Shown: positions 60,638-64,000 of the stretch, in pieces
How the letters are laid out: every line of letters starts with the position of its first letter
Numbering within the stretch: position 1 is the first letter of the stretch
Position numbers and translations under genes: made by a program
Origin: an uncultured Actinomycetes bacterium
GTDB lineage: Bacteria > Actinomycetota > Thermoleophilia > UBA2241
Length of the DNA: 64,000 nucleotides
Direction: 5' to 3'
Assembly (NCBI GenBank): GCA_963833555.1
Contig: CAWHYB010000007.1
Span: 388,739 to 452,738, forward strand
Notes under the pieces: generated by a model
What the model was told of the DNA's origin: nothing
What the model saw: only the letters and a program-made list of their open reading frames with translations
The model's database searches: none

Positions 60638-61991
60638 TTACGGGCGCCCGCGGCGCCCCAGTCGCGGCAGCCGGGGCGGCAGGGCGATCGGCTCGATCAC
60701 GCGCTGACTCACGGTCCGTGGCGCCACGATCGCCTCGGCAATGGTCGAACCGACTACCAGCGCCACGGCGAGTAGCAGCGTCGTCACAAGTACGTTCACG
60801 CCACTGGCGCCGCCCTTGCTCACCAGGCTCAGAACGCCCTGGAAGCCCAGCGCACCCGGCACGAGCACGGTCAGCCCCGGCACCGTGATCGTCGACTTGG
60901 GATGGTGCAGATGGCGCGAGTAGACGTTGCCGGCCAGCCCAACGGCCAGGCTGGCGATGCCGACCCCCAGGGTCGTGCCGAGCACCCACACACCGAAGCG
61001 GCTGGCGATAGTGGCGACGATCACGGCGACGAAGACCCAGCCGACGTCGCGGCGTCGGGCGTTCTCAGAGACCGAGAACGCCAGCGCCGCTCCGATCACG
61101 GCCGCCACCAGCATCGCCGTCGTGGCTCCGTGCGCGCGCCCCAGCAAGGGGAACGCGTGGAGCCTGTGAAAGACGGTCCAGGTGAGCGCCACACCGATGC
61201 TCAAGTTGAGCAGCGTCATGCCCGCCCCGGCGAGTCGCGCGGTGCCACAGACGAGGTCGTGCGAGGCGAGTTCCGAGACGCCCTGGGTGATGCGCAGGCC
61301 GGGAAGCAGCTGCACTATCGCCGCCAGTACGACGGTCGTGGCGTCGAACCTTTGCAGGACGTGACCCAGAAGGAGCGCGAGACAAGCGGCGAAGGCCGCC
61401 GAGGAGAGCTCCAGCAGCCCCTCCAGGCGACCCCTGCGACGGGCGAGGCCGTGAAAGACGGCCACGGCGAGTCCGATAGCCATGGCAGCGACGGCCTCGC
61501 GCGGGCCGCCGCCCAGTAGCAGGGCGATGGCAGCGGGACCAAGTCCCCCGGCCACCAGCCGAAGCCAGAGAGAGAAGCGCGGCCGACGGGCGGCGAGAGC
61601 TTCGATCCGTTGCGTCCCCGCCCCCGGGCTGATCCAGCCCTTTCCGACCGAGACGGCGACACTCTCGAGGAGGGCTTGGGTCTCGAGATCGATCGTGCCA
61701 CGACCGACCGGGATGAAGGCGATGCGCTCGTCGCCGAACTCCTCGTAGATGATCTGCACCATGGTCGGCAACACGAAGAACTGCGCCGACAGACCGAGGC
61801 CGGCGCTGCAGGCCGCCAGCTGCGCCGTCAGCTCGGCGGCCGTCTGACCGAGCGGGGCGAGCTCTCTCGCAAGGGTCTTGAGGAACTCGACTCGAGAATC
61901 TGCTGCCGTGTGTCAACTCCTCTCCGTCGCCGGGCTGCCTGATCGAAGCGCCTTGCGCGTTCCCGATCCCGCCGGCCCCGTCTGTCCCCAT
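60638..61991 (-). CDS. threonine/serine exporter (ThrE) family protein; one frame change near 61900
   Basis: VEFLKTLARELAPLGQTAAELTAQLAACSAGLGL (N-terminal domain, upstream of GTG 61774 in an open frame lacking a start) plus a polytopic C-terminal part. Confidence 0.6.
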
Positions 61992-62347
61992 GCTACATGC
62001 GCCGCCCGATCCGCACTGTTTCAAGCCACTCTGCCGATGCCAGGTGCGTCGTGATGCGAACTGACTCTCTATCGATCGACACCATCAGACTCCCGCTCCC
62101 GGCTACGACGTTCATCGAGCACCTGAAGCCGGCCGCGGCGCTAGTCTTCGTGGCGGCCGCCGTGTACGGGTGCACAGCCTCAGCTGAAGCGCCGCCGCTG
62201 AAGGTCACGGTCTGGGATCACATCCGCGGCAGTGCGTCGGCGGCTAGCTTCTCCTCGGCGCCGAGCGCGTTCTTCGCAGTCGCGGAAGCGGCCTCGCCCG
62301 AGTTCCCGCACTCCGCGTCAACGTGCCGATGGATCGCCGTTGCCGGG

Positions 62348-63403
62348 TCAGTGGCGATCTAGCGCAAGGGCCTGTTCCAGCAACACGAACCCCTGAGGCG
62401 AGGGAACGGTGACGCGCACCGTGCCGGGAGCCTCGAGCGCGCTACCGGGCCGGACGCTGACACCGTGTCGCTCCAGTCGGACGGTCAGGTCGTCCGTCTC
62501 GCCCGTCAGCACCAGCACGAAGTTCGCCTGGGAGGGGACGACCTGATAGCCGGCCGCCTCGAACAGCTCGGTCAGGCGCCGGCGGCCTTCACGTACCTGC
62601 TCCCGGGTCTGCCGGCGGTGCGCGTCGTCTTTGACCGCCGCCTCGGCGGCAGCCTGGCCGGGCGTCCCGATCGAGAACGGCGGCCGGATGCGCCGCAGGT
62701 AGTCGACGATCTCCGCCGAGCCGACGAGGTACCCGACCCGGGCTCCGGCCAGGCCGTAGGCTTTGGACAGGGTGCGAGTGACGACGAGCTTGCCGGCCGC
62801 CTCGCCGACGAGCGTCGTTGCGGCCGGGTCGTCGACGAAGTCGATGTAAGCCTCGTCGAGCACCACGAGCCGGGCGCGACAACGGGCGACGAAGGACCGC
62901 AACTCGTCACTCGAAACGACCGTTCCCGTGGGGTTGTGGGGGTTGCAGACGAAGGCGATGTCGGCGTCGATCCCAGCCATCGTGTCGAGGTCGTGGACCC
63001 AATCCTTCAGAGCGACTCTGGTGACCGACGCACCCACGATCCGCGACGCGATGTCGTGGATCCGATAGGGCGGATCGGCGCACAACACCGATCCGCCGCA
63101 GGCCGCGTAAGCCAGGACGAGCAGGTAGACCAGCTCGTCGGAGCCGTTTCCCACCAGTATCGTCTCGGGATCGACGCCGAGCTGCGAGCCGAGCAGACGG
63201 CGCAGAGGGCTCGCCAGGGGATCGGGGTAGCGGTGAAGTCGTGCCGCCGCCGACGCCAGCGCTTCTCCGACCGTAGGTGAAGCACCGCAGGGTGACTCGT
63301 TGGACGCGAGGCTGCCGTCCTCGCTGGCCGCCGGACGGCCCGGAACGTAGGCACTGAGCTCGCGCACCACGGGGCGCGGCTCCGGCACGCCACCGGGCGA
63401 CAT
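62348..63403 (-). CDS. hisC: histidinol-phosphate aminotransferase
   Basis: Uninterrupted ORF with SNESPCG, YPDP, NPHNPTG and the PLP-lysine motif TLSKAYGLAG. Confidence 0.85.
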   Translation of the reverse strand: MSPGGVPEPRPVVRELSAYVPGRPAASEDGSLASNESPCGASPTVGEALASAAARLHRYPDPLASPLRRLLGSQLGVDPETILVGNGSDELVYLLVLAYAACGGSVLCADPPYRIHDIASRIVGASVTRVALKDWVHDLDTMAGIDADIAFVCNPHNPTGTVVSSDELRSFVARCRARLVVLDEAYIDFVDDPAATTLVGEAAGKLVVTRTLSKAYGLAGARVGYLVGSAEIVDYLRRIRPPFSIGTPGQAAAEAAVKDDAHRRQTREQVREGRRRLTELFEAAGYQVVPSQANFVLVLTGETDDLTVRLERHGVSVRPGSALEAPGTVRVTVPSPQGFVLLEQALALDRH

Positions 63404-63408
63404 GGCAC

Positions 63409-64000
63409 TCAACCCCCGCGCCTGTCGTCGACGCGGTGGCAGGCGGTCTTGCCCTGGCCACTGGTCATGCGCGGCAGCGAGAAGGGCTCTGACAGCTCGA
63501 CTCGCGGGGTGACACCGACCGTCGCCTTCGTCGCCGCGGCCACCTTCTTGGCGAACAGCTCCTTGGCGTCCTCGGTGAACTCACCCAGCCCGCGCACCTC
63601 GACCTGCAGGGTCAGCCGGTCGAGGTTGCGGACGCTGTCGACGACCATGCAGAAGTTGTTGCCGATCTCGGCGAAGTTCACGAGTACCTCCTCGATCTGG
63701 CTGGGGAACACGATCAGCCCGCCGATCGAGAGGGCGTCGTCGCTACGGCCGGTGATGCGTCCGATCCTGGGATGCGTGCGGCCGCAAGGACACGGTTCCC
63801 AGGTGAGCGAGGAGATGTCGTGACTGCGGTAGCGGATCATCGCCATCGCGTCGCCGACGAGAGACGTCCAAACCAGCTCGCCCGCCTCGCCGTCGCCGAC
63901 CCGCTCGCCGCTCTCCGGGTCGATGCACTCCACGAGCAGGTGGTCAGACCACACGTGCATGCCGTCCTCGTTGGGGCATTCGCAGGCCATGCCGGGGCCG
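63409..64000 (-). CDS. paaK: phenylacetate-CoA ligase (PaaK family), C-terminal part; runs off the window
   Basis: MIRYRSHDI, CPCGRTHPRIGRITGRSDDAL, LIVFPSQIEEVL. Confidence 0.75.
   Translation of the reverse strand, partial: GPGMACECPNEDGMHVWSDHLLVECIDPESGERVGDGEAGELVWTSLVGDAMAMIRYRSHDISSLTWEPCPCGRTHPRIGRITGRSDDALSIGGLIVFPSQIEEVLVNFAEIGNNFCMVVDSVRNLDRLTLQVEVRGLGEFTEDAKELFAKKVAAATKATVGVTPRVELSEPFSLPRMTSGQGKTACHRVDDRRGG

Noticed and set aside
61997-62362. 121-aa plus-strand ORF in the thrE-hisC spacer (possible small lipoprotein, ...VFVAAAVYGC...)
   Set aside because: The lipobox and N-region are atypical, there is no SD or family support, and a competing minus-strand ORF of equal quality exists.

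Overview
High-G+C, actinobacterium-like (probably monoderm) chromosomal segment with about 60 genes. No rRNA, tRNA, CRISPR array or transposase/integrase gene was recognised. The core (about 25.5-43.7 kb, all minus strand) reads as one long respiratory gene string. It runs hemL, rex, a hypothetical gene, a UbiD-like decarboxylase, a small membrane protein and a UbiA-like prenyltransferase. Six cytochrome genes follow, and then ubiX, menG, a polyprenyl synthase, mqnE, mqnA, a GNAT gene and mqnC. So the futalosine-route menaquinone pathway is split by a roughly 6.4 kb module (31655-38103). That module encodes five multihaem c-type cytochromes and one FdnI/HydC-like cytochrome b. By my own count the c-type proteins carry 12+7+17+12+14 = 62 haem-binding motifs. 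No catalytic reductase subunit is present. I consider this module the best candidate for an undescribed system: a menaquinol-linked electron-export or electron-import chain in a high-GC Gram-positive. A sigma70-like promoter overlapped by a Rex-like operator lies in front of it, and haem-supply genes (hemL, hemB, an AhbD/NirJ-like radical SAM gene) lie just upstream. Other content includes two paralogous ECF sigma factors fused to zinc-finger anti-sigma/TM domains, which share an identically spaced upstream motif. There is also a YprA/MrfA-like helicase-GNAT-TIGR00725 operon, a 1070-aa FG-GAP/VCBS surface protein, VanW, a MalT-like LuxR regulator, birA-bioY, HD-GYP and GAF-GGDEF proteins, three MFS transporters, lepB, an APC permease, an orphan rpsR, an ABC substrate-binding protein, an M42 peptidase, a PLP decarboxylase, hisC and a partial paaK. 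Caveat: many genes (mqn genes, helicase, VanW, several cytochromes and transporters) are broken by single-base frame changes in the sequence as given, while other long genes are intact. For broken genes I give whole-gene spans rebuilt by joining ORF fragments, so their ends are approximate.
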